Position numbers and translations under genes: made by a program
Shown here: positions 30,951 through 40,962 of the stretch, in pieces
Layout of the letters: each line of letters opens with the position of its first letter
How positions within the stretch are numbered: position 1 is the first letter of the stretch
Notes under the pieces: model-generated
Database searches by the model: none
Told to the model about the DNA's origin: nothing
What the model saw: only the letters and a program-made list of their open reading frames with translations
DNA from: Deltaproteobacteria bacterium TL4
Lineage (GTDB): Bacteria; SAR324; NAC60-12
Reading direction: 5' to 3'
Length of the DNA stretch: 64,000 nucleotides
Assembly (NCBI GenBank): GCA_051382335.1
Contig: JBBCAX010000090.1
Location: forward strand, 2,075-66,074

Positions 30951-31805
30951 ATGATGCAGCCTGAGCCAAAAGAGATTTTGCTACAACTGTCTCTTGAGCA
31001 AATTCACCCGAATCCTCAACAACCGCGAAAACACTTTGATGAGGAAACCCTTCAGGGGTTAGCACGATCCATCCAGTCCCAAGGTATCATCCAACCGCTT
31101 GTTGTCCGAAAATCATTGATTCACCCCGACCACTATGAACTCGTCACCGGAGAGCGTCGCTGGAGAGCCTTGCACTTAACCGATATATCGACGGTCCCCT
31201 GTGTTTGTAAAACTATTTCTGATCATGAGCTGCTGGAGGTCGCGTTACTGGAGAACATTCAACGCGAAAACTTAACACCGATTGAAGAAGCCTCAAGTTA
31301 TCAGCAGTTACTTCAAACCCATGGTTATACGCATGAACAGTTGGCAAGACGTTTAGGAAAAAACAGAACAACCCTTACGAATATGATGCGTTTATTGCAA
31401 CTCCCTGACGCGATACAAAATGATTTGGAAGAAGGACGCCTTACAGGAGGACATGCCCGAGCGCTATTGGCCTTGCCAACCGCAGAAGAACAATTGCGGA
31501 TGAGAACCTTGATTCTTAAACACACCTGGTCTGTGCGGGAAACGGAAAAGCAGGTTCGGAGTCAATTGACTCATCTTGAGCCTCATCGGCAACAAAAAAG
31601 TTCTTCCGAAGCAGAACAACCGACACGTCAAGAGCTGAACCTTGAATTAAAAAACCTGGAAAGTGAGATGCAACGGCATTTAGGCACAAAAGTGACCTTG
31701 AAATATCATCGGGGAAAGGGCAGTATCACGATTGAATATTACTCTCTTGACGAATTTGAACGAATCCAAGCCATACTTCTTGGAAAAAAGAAGGCCTTCC
31801 ATTGA
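30951..31805 (+). CDS. parB: ParB/Spo0J-family partition protein
   Basis: PNPQQPRKHF, GERRWRA, ALLENIQRENL, HTH, GHARALL. Confidence 0.9.
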   Translation: MMQPEPKEILLQLSLEQIHPNPQQPRKHFDEETLQGLARSIQSQGIIQPLVVRKSLIHPDHYELVTGERRWRALHLTDISTVPCVCKTISDHELLEVALLENIQRENLTPIEEASSYQQLLQTHGYTHEQLARRLGKNRTTLTNMMRLLQLPDAIQNDLEEGRLTGGHARALLALPTAEEQLRMRTLILKHTWSVRETEKQVRSQLTHLEPHRQQKSSSEAEQPTRQELNLELKNLESEMQRHLGTKVTLKYHRGKGSITIEYYSLDEFERIQAILLGKKKAFH

Positions 31806-31822
31806 TTTTTTTTGGAGTGACC

Positions 31823-32593
31823 ATGAAAATTATTCCGATACCCTGCTTAAACGATAATTACGCTTATTTGATCATCTGTCCTGAAACTCAGAAAGCGGGA
31901 GTGGTAGACCCCGCGGAAGCGGGGCCTGTTTTAAAAGAAATCCGCAAACAAAAGGTCCTGCTTACCGCAATTCTGAATACCCATCACCATTGGGATCATG
32001 TGAGTGGAAATGAGGAACTGTTGAGAAAAATTCCAGGACTTTCTATCTACGGTCACGTTTCTGACAAAGACCGAATTCCCAAGCAAAACGTGTTTCTGGT
32101 TGAAGGGGATAAAATCTCCATTGGAAATCTGGAAGGAACCTTTACACATAGTCCAGGGCACACTTCAGGTTCGGTAATTTATTACTTTGGCGATGCCGCA
32201 TTTACAGGCGATACCCTTTTTTCGTCGGGATGCGGACGTTTGTTTGAAGGTTCACCCGAGGAAATGTTTCATTCGCTTCATGACATTGCCAGTAAGCCAC
32301 CGGCAACAAAAATTTATTTTGGACATGAGTACACCGAGTTGAACTTAAAATTCGCATTGTCGATAGAGCCACACAACCAGGATCTGCGTGATAAAGCGGC
32401 ATCCGTCAAACGAACAAGAGCCGCTGGCGCGTTTTCTACCCCTTCACCCTTGGAAAACGAAATGCGGACAAATCCATTCTTACGCTGGAATATCCAGGAA
32501 ATTCAAGAATCAGTCAAGCGGCATGAGCCTTTGAATGAGCTGACTCCTGTCGCTGTTTTTAGGGTGATACGTCAATTAAAAGATCAGTTTTAA
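31823..32593 (+). CDS. gloB: Hydroxyacylglutathione hydrolase (glyoxalase II)
   Basis: DNYAYL, THHHWDH, PGHT, GDTLF..GCGRLFEG, GHEYT, TNPFLR. Confidence 0.93.
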   Translation: MKIIPIPCLNDNYAYLIICPETQKAGVVDPAEAGPVLKEIRKQKVLLTAILNTHHHWDHVSGNEELLRKIPGLSIYGHVSDKDRIPKQNVFLVEGDKISIGNLEGTFTHSPGHTSGSVIYYFGDAAFTGDTLFSSGCGRLFEGSPEEMFHSLHDIASKPPATKIYFGHEYTELNLKFALSIEPHNQDLRDKAASVKRTRAAGAFSTPSPLENEMRTNPFLRWNIQEIQESVKRHEPLNELTPVAVFRVIRQLKDQF

Positions 32594-32612
32594 CATAAAT
32601 TTGAGGTCCCTG

Positions 32613-33017
32613 ATGCAAACCAAACCCTCCTGGTATTACGAGCAATCTGCCGTGATCCCTTATCGCCTGAATGGCGAGGAAATTGAAATACTCATGATTA
32701 CGTCCAGAAAAAAAAAGAGATGGGTTATTCCCAAAGGCATTGTTGAAACGCAAATGAGTCCTGAAGAATCCGCCGCAAAAGAAGCTTTGGAAGAAGCAGG
32801 CGTCGAAGGTCAGGTTGAACCTAACGCGATTGGCGAATATTTTTATGAAAAATGGGGTGGCATTTGCCGTGTTCAGGTGTTTTTGCTCGAAATCACAATG
32901 ATGTATAGTAATTGGATGGAAGCGGATTTCAGAGAACGACGCTGGGTCAGCGTCACTGAAGCCTGTGAATTAATCAGAGAAGAGACCTTAAAAGATATTA
33001 TTTTAAATGCGTTCTAA
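32613..33017 (+). CDS. Nudix hydrolase (DIPP/Ap6A-like)
   Basis: WVIPKG...ESAAKEALEEAG Nudix box. Confidence 0.88.
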   Translation: MQTKPSWYYEQSAVIPYRLNGEEIEILMITSRKKKRWVIPKGIVETQMSPEESAAKEALEEAGVEGQVEPNAIGEYFYEKWGGICRVQVFLLEITMMYSNWMEADFRERRWVSVTEACELIREETLKDIILNAF

Positions 33018-33108
33018 AGAGTTGACAAAACGGGCATGAGCCTGTTTTCGGCCATTACCACAGGTCCTTATCTTTATTATTTCGGTTTTTCCGGTTTAGG
33101 TAGATTAA

Positions 33109-34941
33109 ATGAGATATAAAAGTACTGAAGCATGTGTCTTGGATCTGGAACAACATGGACACCTTGTTCGTGTAACAGAAGAAGTCAATCCTTTCTTGGA
33201 AATGGCTGAAATCCAGAGGCGGGTTTACCAGGCCCAAGGGCCGGCTTTATTATTTGAACGGGTTAAGGGGAGTCCCTTTCCCGCAGTGTCCAATCTTTAT
33301 GGGACCTTGAATCGTGCCCGTTTCATTTTCCGCTCCACTTTAAAGTGGGTTCAGCGTTTGATTGAAATGAAAGCCGACCCGGCTCAGATCCTGAAACGGC
33401 CCTGGCGTTATGCGGGGATCGCGTTGATTGCGTTCACTATTCTTCCGAAACGTCAAACCACCGGACCGGTTTTTGAAAATCAAACGACCATTGCTCAATT
33501 GCCGCAAATTCAAAGTTGGCCTGACGATGGCGGCGCGTTCATTCTTCTGCCTCAAGTTTATACAGAAGACCCCGAACAGCCCGGTATTTTGCACTCTAAT
33601 CTTGGAATGTATCGGATTCAACTCTCAGGCAATGACTACGTTCCCAGCCAAAATATAGGCTTGCATTATCAAATCCGACGGGACATCGGAATACATCATA
33701 CCAAAGCCCTAAGACGCGGAGAAGCCTTAAAAGTCAGCATTTTTGTCGGAGGACCTCCCGCTCATGCTTTTGCCGCAGTGATGCCGTTACCCGAAGGCTT
33801 ACCGGAAGTTGCCTTTGCGGGGGGCTTGGCCGGAAGACGATTTCGCTATGCAGAGAAAAATGGATATGTTTACTCCACAGAGGCGGATTTTTGTATTACC
33901 GGGTACATCGAACCTGGAAAAACATTGCCCGAAGGACCGTTTGGGGATCATTTGGGATACTACAGCTTAAAACATCAATTTCCCTTCATCACGCTGGATT
34001 CCGTCTATCATCGGAACGGTGCCATCTGGCCGTTTACGATCGTCGGTCGTCCGCCTCAGGAAGACACGTCTTTTGGCGAACTCATTCATGAAATTACCGG
34101 CCCCCTGGTTCCTAAAGAAATGCCGGGAGTGAAAGCGATTCATGCCGTTGATGCCGCGGGAGTGCATCCTTTGATGCTCGCCATTGGAAATGAACGCTAT
34201 GTTCCCTTCAAAGAAAGGATTCCGCAGGAATTATTAGCGGTGGCCAATGCCATCTTGGGCTTTGGTCATTGTGCGTTGAGCAAATATTTGTTGATTGTCG
34301 CGTGGGAAGATAATCCGCATCTGGATGTACACGATATTGAAGGTTTTTTTTCGCATCTCCTTCAGCGGGTTGACTGGAGACGGGATCTTCATTTTCAAAC
34401 GCGGACCACTATCGACACATTGGATTACACCGGTACAGGCTTAAATGAAGGTTCTAAAGTGATCATTGCCGCGGCAGGTCACCCCAAACGCAGACTGGCC
34501 ACTCAACTCCCCCCTGAGTTTAACCTCCCCGAAGGTTTCCATTCCCCCAACATGGCCTTGCCTGGAGTGATCGTTATCGCAAGTCCCGAATATCAATCAG
34601 AACAACAGGCGTTAAGTCAAATTCAAAATCTGACCTCGCACCTGGAAAAAAAGCCTCCCCTTGAAAATTACCCCCTCCTTATTCTTGTGAATGACAGCGA
34701 ATTTACGAGTCGGAATCTCAATAATCTGATGTGGGTCACCTTCACACGATCCAATCCGTCTCATGATATTCACGGCGTTCAGAGCTTTACCGATCACAAA
34801 CACTGGGGATGTTATGGTTCGCTCATTATTGATGCCCGCCTCAAACCTCATCACGCACCCCCCTTGATTGAAGACCCCCAAATAACCAGACAAGTCAATG
34901 AATTAGGCAAAAAAGGCGGGAGCCTCTATGGTTTGATTTGA
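33109..34941 (+). CDS. UbiD-family prFMN-dependent decarboxylase
   Basis: NLGMYR, EGPFGDHLGYY, VGRPPQED, DTLDY. Confidence 0.9.
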   Translation: MRYKSTEACVLDLEQHGHLVRVTEEVNPFLEMAEIQRRVYQAQGPALLFERVKGSPFPAVSNLYGTLNRARFIFRSTLKWVQRLIEMKADPAQILKRPWRYAGIALIAFTILPKRQTTGPVFENQTTIAQLPQIQSWPDDGGAFILLPQVYTEDPEQPGILHSNLGMYRIQLSGNDYVPSQNIGLHYQIRRDIGIHHTKALRRGEALKVSIFVGGPPAHAFAAVMPLPEGLPEVAFAGGLAGRRFRYAEKNGYVYSTEADFCITGYIEPGKTLPEGPFGDHLGYYSLKHQFPFITLDSVYHRNGAIWPFTIVGRPPQEDTSFGELIHEITGPLVPKEMPGVKAIHAVDAAGVHPLMLAIGNERYVPFKERIPQELLAVANAILGFGHCALSKYLLIVAWEDNPHLDVHDIEGFFSHLLQRVDWRRDLHFQTRTTIDTLDYTGTGLNEGSKVIIAAAGHPKRRLATQLPPEFNLPEGFHSPNMALPGVIVIASPEYQSEQQALSQIQNLTSHLEKKPPLENYPLLILVNDSEFTSRNLNNLMWVTFTRSNPSHDIHGVQSFTDHKHWGCYGSLIIDARLKPHHAPPLIEDPQITRQVNELGKKGGSLYGLI

Positions 34942-35208
34942 GCACGTACTTTTCCTTGAGTTCGTACCCTGTCAAGCCGCCTCGTTCCGGGGCTCCCACT
35001 GCTTACGTAGACGCGCCGACCTTTCCGGCTCAGCTCCATCTGAAATACAAAAATGATTTTTAAAGAGGAGTCTTTTTTTTTATTGCATGTTCTCATCCTC
35101 TTCGTTATTGCTTTAAACAGAGTATTTTTTTTCAATAATTTGAAAGTCTTAGTGTGTTTAAGCTAACACTTCATTTAGGAAAGCTCATCAGCTTGAGCGG
35201 GAGACGAT

Positions 35209-35844
35209 ATGTTTTACAAAAAACAATATGTGATAGAAGGAAAGATCAAAGTTTATCTGGAGCGTCTTGAAGATGTCATATTTGATTTTCGGGAAGCTTT
35301 GAGTGCCTATTTTGAAAAAAATAAAAACTTTGAAACTCGTGTGCATCGAATTGAAGAGTTGGAAAGTGAGTTAGACACACTGCGTCGGGAAATTCAGGTG
35401 TCGATGTATGAACAATCGCTCATGCCGGGGATGCGGGAGGATATCCTCTACCTGATGAATAGTCTGGATCAAATACCCAATCTTGCGGAACACATGATTC
35501 TTGATTTGTATGTGGAACAGCCTGACATCCCCGAATCCCTGCATTCCGATTTAAACAGCCTAATGGATAAGATCTGCAAGGAAGTGAAAGAACTGATTGT
35601 CGCCACTGAACTTTTGTTTACAGACCTTAGATCCGTGAGAAGACACGCCACAGAAGTAATGCGAGAAGAGTCTGAGGCGGATGAAGTGGAGTTTTCCCTG
35701 ATGCATAGTGTGTTTAGCATGAATATCGACCTTGCTCATAAACTTCAATTGAAAATGTTGATTCGCGCGATTACGGATATCTCAGATTACACTGAGGATG
35801 CGGCAGAAACGGTTTTGGTCATTGCTACCAAACATGCACAGTAA
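35209..35844 (+). CDS. DUF47/PhoU-like phosphate transport regulator
   Basis: LESELD..RR, REDI..L..LD, ESEADEVE, ISDYTEDAA; adjacent to PiT. Confidence 0.85.
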   Translation: MFYKKQYVIEGKIKVYLERLEDVIFDFREALSAYFEKNKNFETRVHRIEELESELDTLRREIQVSMYEQSLMPGMREDILYLMNSLDQIPNLAEHMILDLYVEQPDIPESLHSDLNSLMDKICKEVKELIVATELLFTDLRSVRRHATEVMREESEADEVEFSLMHSVFSMNIDLAHKLQLKMLIRAITDISDYTEDAAETVLVIATKHAQ

Positions 35845-35874
35845 ATCATACTTTATGAATGAGGGAGATGCGAT

Positions 35875-36945
35875 ATGGGTTGGTTATTAAGCGGGGGCTT
35901 TTTGGGGTGGTCCCTTGGGGCAAATGATGCTTCGAATATTTTTGGTACGGCTGTGGCATCCAAGATGGTCCGGTTCAGAACGGCGGCGATTATCACCTCG
36001 GTGATGGTGTTGCTGGGTGGAGTGGTCCTTGGACCGAATGGGGTTGAACGCATTGGAAAATTAGGAGCGATTGATTCTCTTCAAGGCGCGTTTACCGCGG
36101 CCTTGGCAGCGGCCTTAACGGTTTTATGGATGACAAAATTAAACTTACCTGTTTCAACCACTCAGGCGGTTGTAGGATCGGCACTCGCCTGGAGCTATTT
36201 TTCGGGCAATGCGATTGCCTGGGGGCAGTTGATTCCTATTGTGATTGCATGGTTTGCGTCGCCGCTACTGTGCGCTATAGGTTCGATTTTGCTGTATTAT
36301 ATATTCAAACTGGTTTTGAGTCATACGAATGTCCACGTCTTGATGTTAGACCAGTTTCTCAGGTACGGTTTAATCGTTGTTGGGGCCTATGGGGCATGGG
36401 CCTTGGGGGGAAATAACATGGGAAACGTCGTTGGGGTTTTCAATCACACCGGTATTTTCCATCGCTTTGAATTTATGGGATATGCGATCAGTGAAGCGAG
36501 ACAACTGAGTTTCTTTGGTGCACTCGCAATCGCGCTTGGCGTGTGTACCTATTCCTATGGCGTAATGATGACGGTTGGAAGTGACCTGGTTAAACTGGAT
36601 TCCATGAGCGCCTTTATTTCCATTGCTTCAGAGTCTATTGTTTTAGACCTCTTCGGTTGGATGGGGATTCCTGTTTCATCATCTCAAGCGGTCGTGGGTG
36701 CCGTGCTTGGAATTGGCTTGGTACGAGGTGCGGACACCATCAAAATGCGGGTTTTGGGAAGAATTGTCATGGGATGGATTGCAACGCCCCTCATTGCGGC
36801 GTTTATTTGTATTTTGAGTCTGTATGTCACCAAAAATGTTTTTGAACAACATGTTGTTAAAACCTATCAATGCGCTGATGGATCTTTTGCGACACATCCA
36901 GGCTGCGAATTAGGTCAAAAAGTATTAAAGGAGGAGAAAAAATAA
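35875..36945 (+). CDS. pit: PiT-family inorganic phosphate transporter
   Basis: GANDASN, PVSTTQAVVG, GGNNMGN, PVSSSQAVVG. Confidence 0.92.
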   Translation: MGWLLSGGFLGWSLGANDASNIFGTAVASKMVRFRTAAIITSVMVLLGGVVLGPNGVERIGKLGAIDSLQGAFTAALAAALTVLWMTKLNLPVSTTQAVVGSALAWSYFSGNAIAWGQLIPIVIAWFASPLLCAIGSILLYYIFKLVLSHTNVHVLMLDQFLRYGLIVVGAYGAWALGGNNMGNVVGVFNHTGIFHRFEFMGYAISEARQLSFFGALAIALGVCTYSYGVMMTVGSDLVKLDSMSAFISIASESIVLDLFGWMGIPVSSSQAVVGAVLGIGLVRGADTIKMRVLGRIVMGWIATPLIAAFICILSLYVTKNVFEQHVVKTYQCADGSFATHPGCELGQKVLKEEKK

Positions 36946-37589
36946 TGGGATTTCTTTTTAAAGTCCAAGAAGAGATGGAAGGTCAAATGGCCCACTATTT
37001 TGACTCAATCGGAGATATTGTTCAAAAATATCGAATGGCCGTTGGACTCTATTTTAACAACGATCCAGAAGGCTTTGAAAAAATTGCCTATGAGATCATC
37101 GCACTCAAAAAGAGAATGGCGAAAGTAAGAGAAAAGTTGATCCTGACGATGTATGAAAAGTCGCTTGTTCCTGATTCGCGTGAAGACATCACTCAACTGC
37201 TTGGAGTGCTTGATGAAATACCAAAGCGCGTCGTCAAGCAAATTAATGTGATCTTGAGAGAAGCTATTGTGTTTCCCCAAGAGATTCATGGGGAAATGCG
37301 TAATCTTTTCAAGCAGCTTCAAATCGAAATTGAAACGGTGATGGCAGCGTGTCATGCGTTTTTTAAAGATTTGAACTCTGTGCAAGCTCTTTCAAATGAC
37401 GTCATGAACCAGGAAGCCGCAGCGGATGTGCTGGAATTTGAAGCCTTAAAAAAAGTATTTTCCATGGATCTCGACTTAGGACACAAATTGCATTTAAAAG
37501 CTTTTATCCGCCGAATTGCTCTCCTTGCGGATATGGGTGAAGAAGCGGCTCAGTACCTGTTGATTTTTGCCACCAAACGTAGGATATAG
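36945..37589 (+). CDS. Second DUF47/PhoU-like protein
   Basis: Paralogue of 35209-35844 (MYEKSLVPDSREDI, DLGHKLHLK). Confidence 0.82.
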   Translation: MGFLFKVQEEMEGQMAHYFDSIGDIVQKYRMAVGLYFNNDPEGFEKIAYEIIALKKRMAKVREKLILTMYEKSLVPDSREDITQLLGVLDEIPKRVVKQINVILREAIVFPQEIHGEMRNLFKQLQIEIETVMAACHAFFKDLNSVQALSNDVMNQEAAADVLEFEALKKVFSMDLDLGHKLHLKAFIRRIALLADMGEEAAQYLLIFATKRRI

Positions 37590-37591
37590 CG

Positions 37592-38473
37592 ATGATGAAT
37601 CAAGTGATTAAGCAACTCATAGGCAAGGTACGAATTGTTCCTGTTCCTTATGATTTGACGACATGCTATCACCCTGGAACCCGCTTTGCTCCCGCGGCTA
37701 TTCTTGGCTCAATGTCACAACTCGAACTCTTTGACGAAGAGCTGGAGTGGGATCCCTCTCAGTATGTCCGTTTTACTGAAGAAGAGGCCATTCCTCCCAA
37801 TGCCAAAGGGCCTCAGGCCATGAAGGAAGCGATCTTTCATTGTGTCTCCGACCTTTTGGAGTCAGAGGAGTTTATCTTAACGCTTGGGGGAGAGCATTCC
37901 ATCACTGCCGCAGTGATTGACGCCTATCTTCAGCGATATCCAAAGCTTCACGTGGTCCAAATTGACGCGCATTGTGACTTGAGAGATACTTGGGACGGAA
38001 CCCCTCACTCTCACGCTTGTGTGATGCGAAGGATCGTTGAAAAAGGCCTTCCCCTGACTCAAATTGGAATCCGTAATATTTCTGAGGAAGAACATCACTT
38101 CTTGAAAGAGCATCCGGAATTGGCCATCAGTGTTTGGAAAGCTCAAGAACTAAAGAAAGAAGAGATCTGGGAACAATTACGCGACACCTTAAAAGAAACG
38201 ATCCAGGATCCCATTTATCTGACAATCGATTTGGATGGACTGGATCCCTCAGTCATCCCTGCCGTAGGGACTCCAGAGCCAGGAGGTTTAAGCTGGTATG
38301 AAACACTGAAAATCTTGAAAACGTTGTGTTTTAATAACCAGATTGTCGGAGCCGATGTGGTTGAACTTTCTCCCCTACTCGGGGCTCCCTACGCAACTTT
38401 CGCCGCTGCCAAATTATGTTATAAACTCGTTTCCTATGTTTTCTATTCTCAATGGAAAGCGTCTCAGGAATGA
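37592..38473 (+). CDS. speB: Agmatinase
   Basis: GGEHSIT, DAHCDLRD, SHAC, DLDGLDPS..PAVGTPEPGGL. Confidence 0.9.
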   Translation: MMNQVIKQLIGKVRIVPVPYDLTTCYHPGTRFAPAAILGSMSQLELFDEELEWDPSQYVRFTEEEAIPPNAKGPQAMKEAIFHCVSDLLESEEFILTLGGEHSITAAVIDAYLQRYPKLHVVQIDAHCDLRDTWDGTPHSHACVMRRIVEKGLPLTQIGIRNISEEEHHFLKEHPELAISVWKAQELKKEEIWEQLRDTLKETIQDPIYLTIDLDGLDPSVIPAVGTPEPGGLSWYETLKILKTLCFNNQIVGADVVELSPLLGAPYATFAAAKLCYKLVSYVFYSQWKASQE

Positions 38474-38477
38474 AGGC

Positions 38478-39614
38478 TTAAGAAAGTCTGGATTTATAGT
38501 ATTCATAACCGAAGTCTTTCACCATTCGTAGGCCTTTTTCCTCAGACCATATAGCAATCGAAGGTAGGGACATGCCATTGAACATGGTGTTTTTGACCAT
38601 TGTGTATTGAAGCATATCTCCAAAAATTAATTTTGTTCCAACTTCCAGCGGTTTCTGAAAGGAATAATCACCGATGACATCTCCGGAAAGACAAGTATTT
38701 CCTGTTAACCGGTAGGTGTGAGGCAAGATTCCTGGACGTTGTGCGCCTACGATATCAGATCGATACGGCATTTCCAGGATATCAGGCATGTGAGCCGTTG
38801 CAGAGGTATCCAGCACCGCAATACTCATCCCGTTTTTAAAAATATCCAGCACGGAGCTTACTAAAACACCCGCGTTGGAAACAACCGCCTCTCCAGGCTC
38901 GATATAAACGTCAACCTGATATTTTTGTTTGATTTGCTGGATTAGCTGACAAAGCTTCTCAAGATCGTAGTTCACATCTGTAATTAAATGCCCACCTCCA
39001 AAATTTATCCAGTCCACTTGTTCCAAAAGCCAGGCAAAGTCGCGTTCCACCACTTTGAGCGTCTGCTCCAATGTTTCTGCTTGATTGCCGCAGTGTGTAT
39101 GAAAATGGAGGCCATTGATCCAATCCGTCTTTTCACCTTCGAACCTGTCCAATGTTACGCCTAAACGAGAGTAAGGAACACAAGGATTATAAAGCAGAGT
39201 TTTCACTGCTGAATATTCGGGATTAATTCTGATTCCAAGTTGAAGGGGCTTTTTGGCTTGATGAAGCTTATCCTTAAAACGATGCCATTGGCTAAAGGAA
39301 TTAAAAACGATATGATCGGCATAAAATGCTAATTCCTCAAATTCCCGATCCGCATAAGCCGGTGCGTATAAATGAATCTCCCCACCAAATTCCTCATATC
39401 CCAGTTTTGCTTCATTTAAAGAGCTTGCGGTTGTTCCTTTAAGGAATTTCTTCATCAAAGGAAATACACTAAACATCGCAAAACTTTTCAAAGCCAAAAT
39501 GATCTTACAACCTGCTTGCTGTTGAATTTTATCTAATATTTCCAAATTGCGTTGAAGTTTCTCTTCCTCACATACATAACAGGGCGTTTGGATTTTACTT
39601 AAATCAATACTCAT
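38478..39614 (-). CDS. nspC: Carboxynorspermidine decarboxylase
   Basis: TPCYV, LALKSF, NFGGGH, IEPGEA, HMPDILEMPY, YTMVKN..FNG. Confidence 0.93.
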   Translation of the reverse strand: MSIDLSKIQTPCYVCEEEKLQRNLEILDKIQQQAGCKIILALKSFAMFSVFPLMKKFLKGTTASSLNEAKLGYEEFGGEIHLYAPAYADREFEELAFYADHIVFNSFSQWHRFKDKLHQAKKPLQLGIRINPEYSAVKTLLYNPCVPYSRLGVTLDRFEGEKTDWINGLHFHTHCGNQAETLEQTLKVVERDFAWLLEQVDWINFGGGHLITDVNYDLEKLCQLIQQIKQKYQVDVYIEPGEAVVSNAGVLVSSVLDIFKNGMSIAVLDTSATAHMPDILEMPYRSDIVGAQRPGILPHTYRLTGNTCLSGDVIGDYSFQKPLEVGTKLIFGDMLQYTMVKNTMFNGMSLPSIAIWSEEKGLRMVKDFGYEYYKSRLS

Positions 39615-40789
39615 AGAAACTTCTCCTCCCAAGGCAAACCATACTTGCCCAACTCCTCCATAAAAGGAGAGGGATCCAGTTGTTCCACATTAAAAACACC
39701 GGCGCCACGCCAAACCTTTTGAAGTAAAAGTTTTGCCCCGATCATTGCCGGAACGCCAGTAGTATATGAAATGGCCTGAGAACTCACATCCTGGAAACAG
39801 GCCTCATGATCGCAAACATTATAAATATAATACTTTCGAGGTTGATTGTTTTTCACCCCTTCTATCATACAGCCAATGCATGTCTTACCTTTGGTTCGAC
39901 CGCCCAACATCGAAGGATCCGGCAAAACAGTCTTTAAGAATTGTAAAGGTATTATCGCTTTCCCTTCAAAATCAACAGGTTTGATGGAGGTCATCCCTAC
40001 ATTCTCAAGTACCTGTAAATGATTGATGTACTGCTTTGAAAAAGTCATCCAAAAGCGCATTCTTTCTATTTCCGGAAAATGTTTTACCAGCGATTCCATT
40101 TCCTCATGATACAGCAAATACATTTCTTTTTCGCCAATTCCCGGAAAATCAAAAGTTTTGTGGACAGAGAGCGGGAGGACGGATTTCCATTCCCCTTGCT
40201 CAAAAAAACGGCCTTCTTGAGTTATCTCCCGAATGTTGATTTCAGAATTAAAGTTGGTTGCAAACGGATGGCCATGATCTCCGCCATTCGCATCCATAAT
40301 ATCAATGAAACGCATCTGGTCAAAATGATACTTTTTGGCATAGGCACAAAAAATATTCGTAACTCCCGGATCAAATCCACAGCCCAACAACGCCATGATG
40401 CCGCGATCTTTGAAACGCTCATGATAGTTCCACTGCCAATGATATTCAAACTTTGCAATGTCAGGAGCTTCGTAGTTTGCGGTATCCAAATAATGAACCC
40501 CTGTTTCCAAACAAGCGCCCATAATAGAAAGATCCTGGTAAGGCAAGGCGGTATTGATCACAAGATCGGGTTGAAACTTGTTGATGACGCAGACCACCTC
40601 ATGAACCTGGTCGGCATCCACTTGAGCTGTTTCAATTCGAGGATCTCCAATTTTATTTTTGATGGCCTCACATTTAGACAACGTGCGGCTGGCAAGGCAA
40701 ATTTTTGTGAAGACATCCGGAACTTGATGACACTTGTGTGCCACCACATTTCCGACACCACCTGCACCAATGATCAGAACGGTTCCCAT
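39611..40789 (-). CDS. Carboxy(nor)spermidine dehydrogenase (saccharopine dehydrogenase family)
   Basis: IIGAGGVG, YLDTANYE, GFDPG, ATNFN.EIN.RE; directly upstream of nspC. Confidence 0.9.
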   Translation of the reverse strand: MGTVLIIGAGGVGNVVAHKCHQVPDVFTKICLASRTLSKCEAIKNKIGDPRIETAQVDADQVHEVVCVINKFQPDLVINTALPYQDLSIMGACLETGVHYLDTANYEAPDIAKFEYHWQWNYHERFKDRGIMALLGCGFDPGVTNIFCAYAKKYHFDQMRFIDIMDANGGDHGHPFATNFNSEINIREITQEGRFFEQGEWKSVLPLSVHKTFDFPGIGEKEMYLLYHEEMESLVKHFPEIERMRFWMTFSKQYINHLQVLENVGMTSIKPVDFEGKAIIPLQFLKTVLPDPSMLGGRTKGKTCIGCMIEGVKNNQPRKYYIYNVCDHEACFQDVSSQAISYTTGVPAMIGAKLLLQKVWRGAGVFNVEQLDPSPFMEELGKYGLPWEEKFL

Positions 40790-40962
40790 AACTATTTATT
40801 CCAAGAAGGGAGTTTACTTATGTGGAGTAGAGTAGTGTGCTTTGTTATCTCACCTTCAAAATTTTAGGCAAACGTAAACGATAACAAAGCACCATGGCAA
40901 GTCAGAAGGAGATCCCCCACACCATCTCATAATCATGAACCTGCTAAAAAATATCAGGTTCT

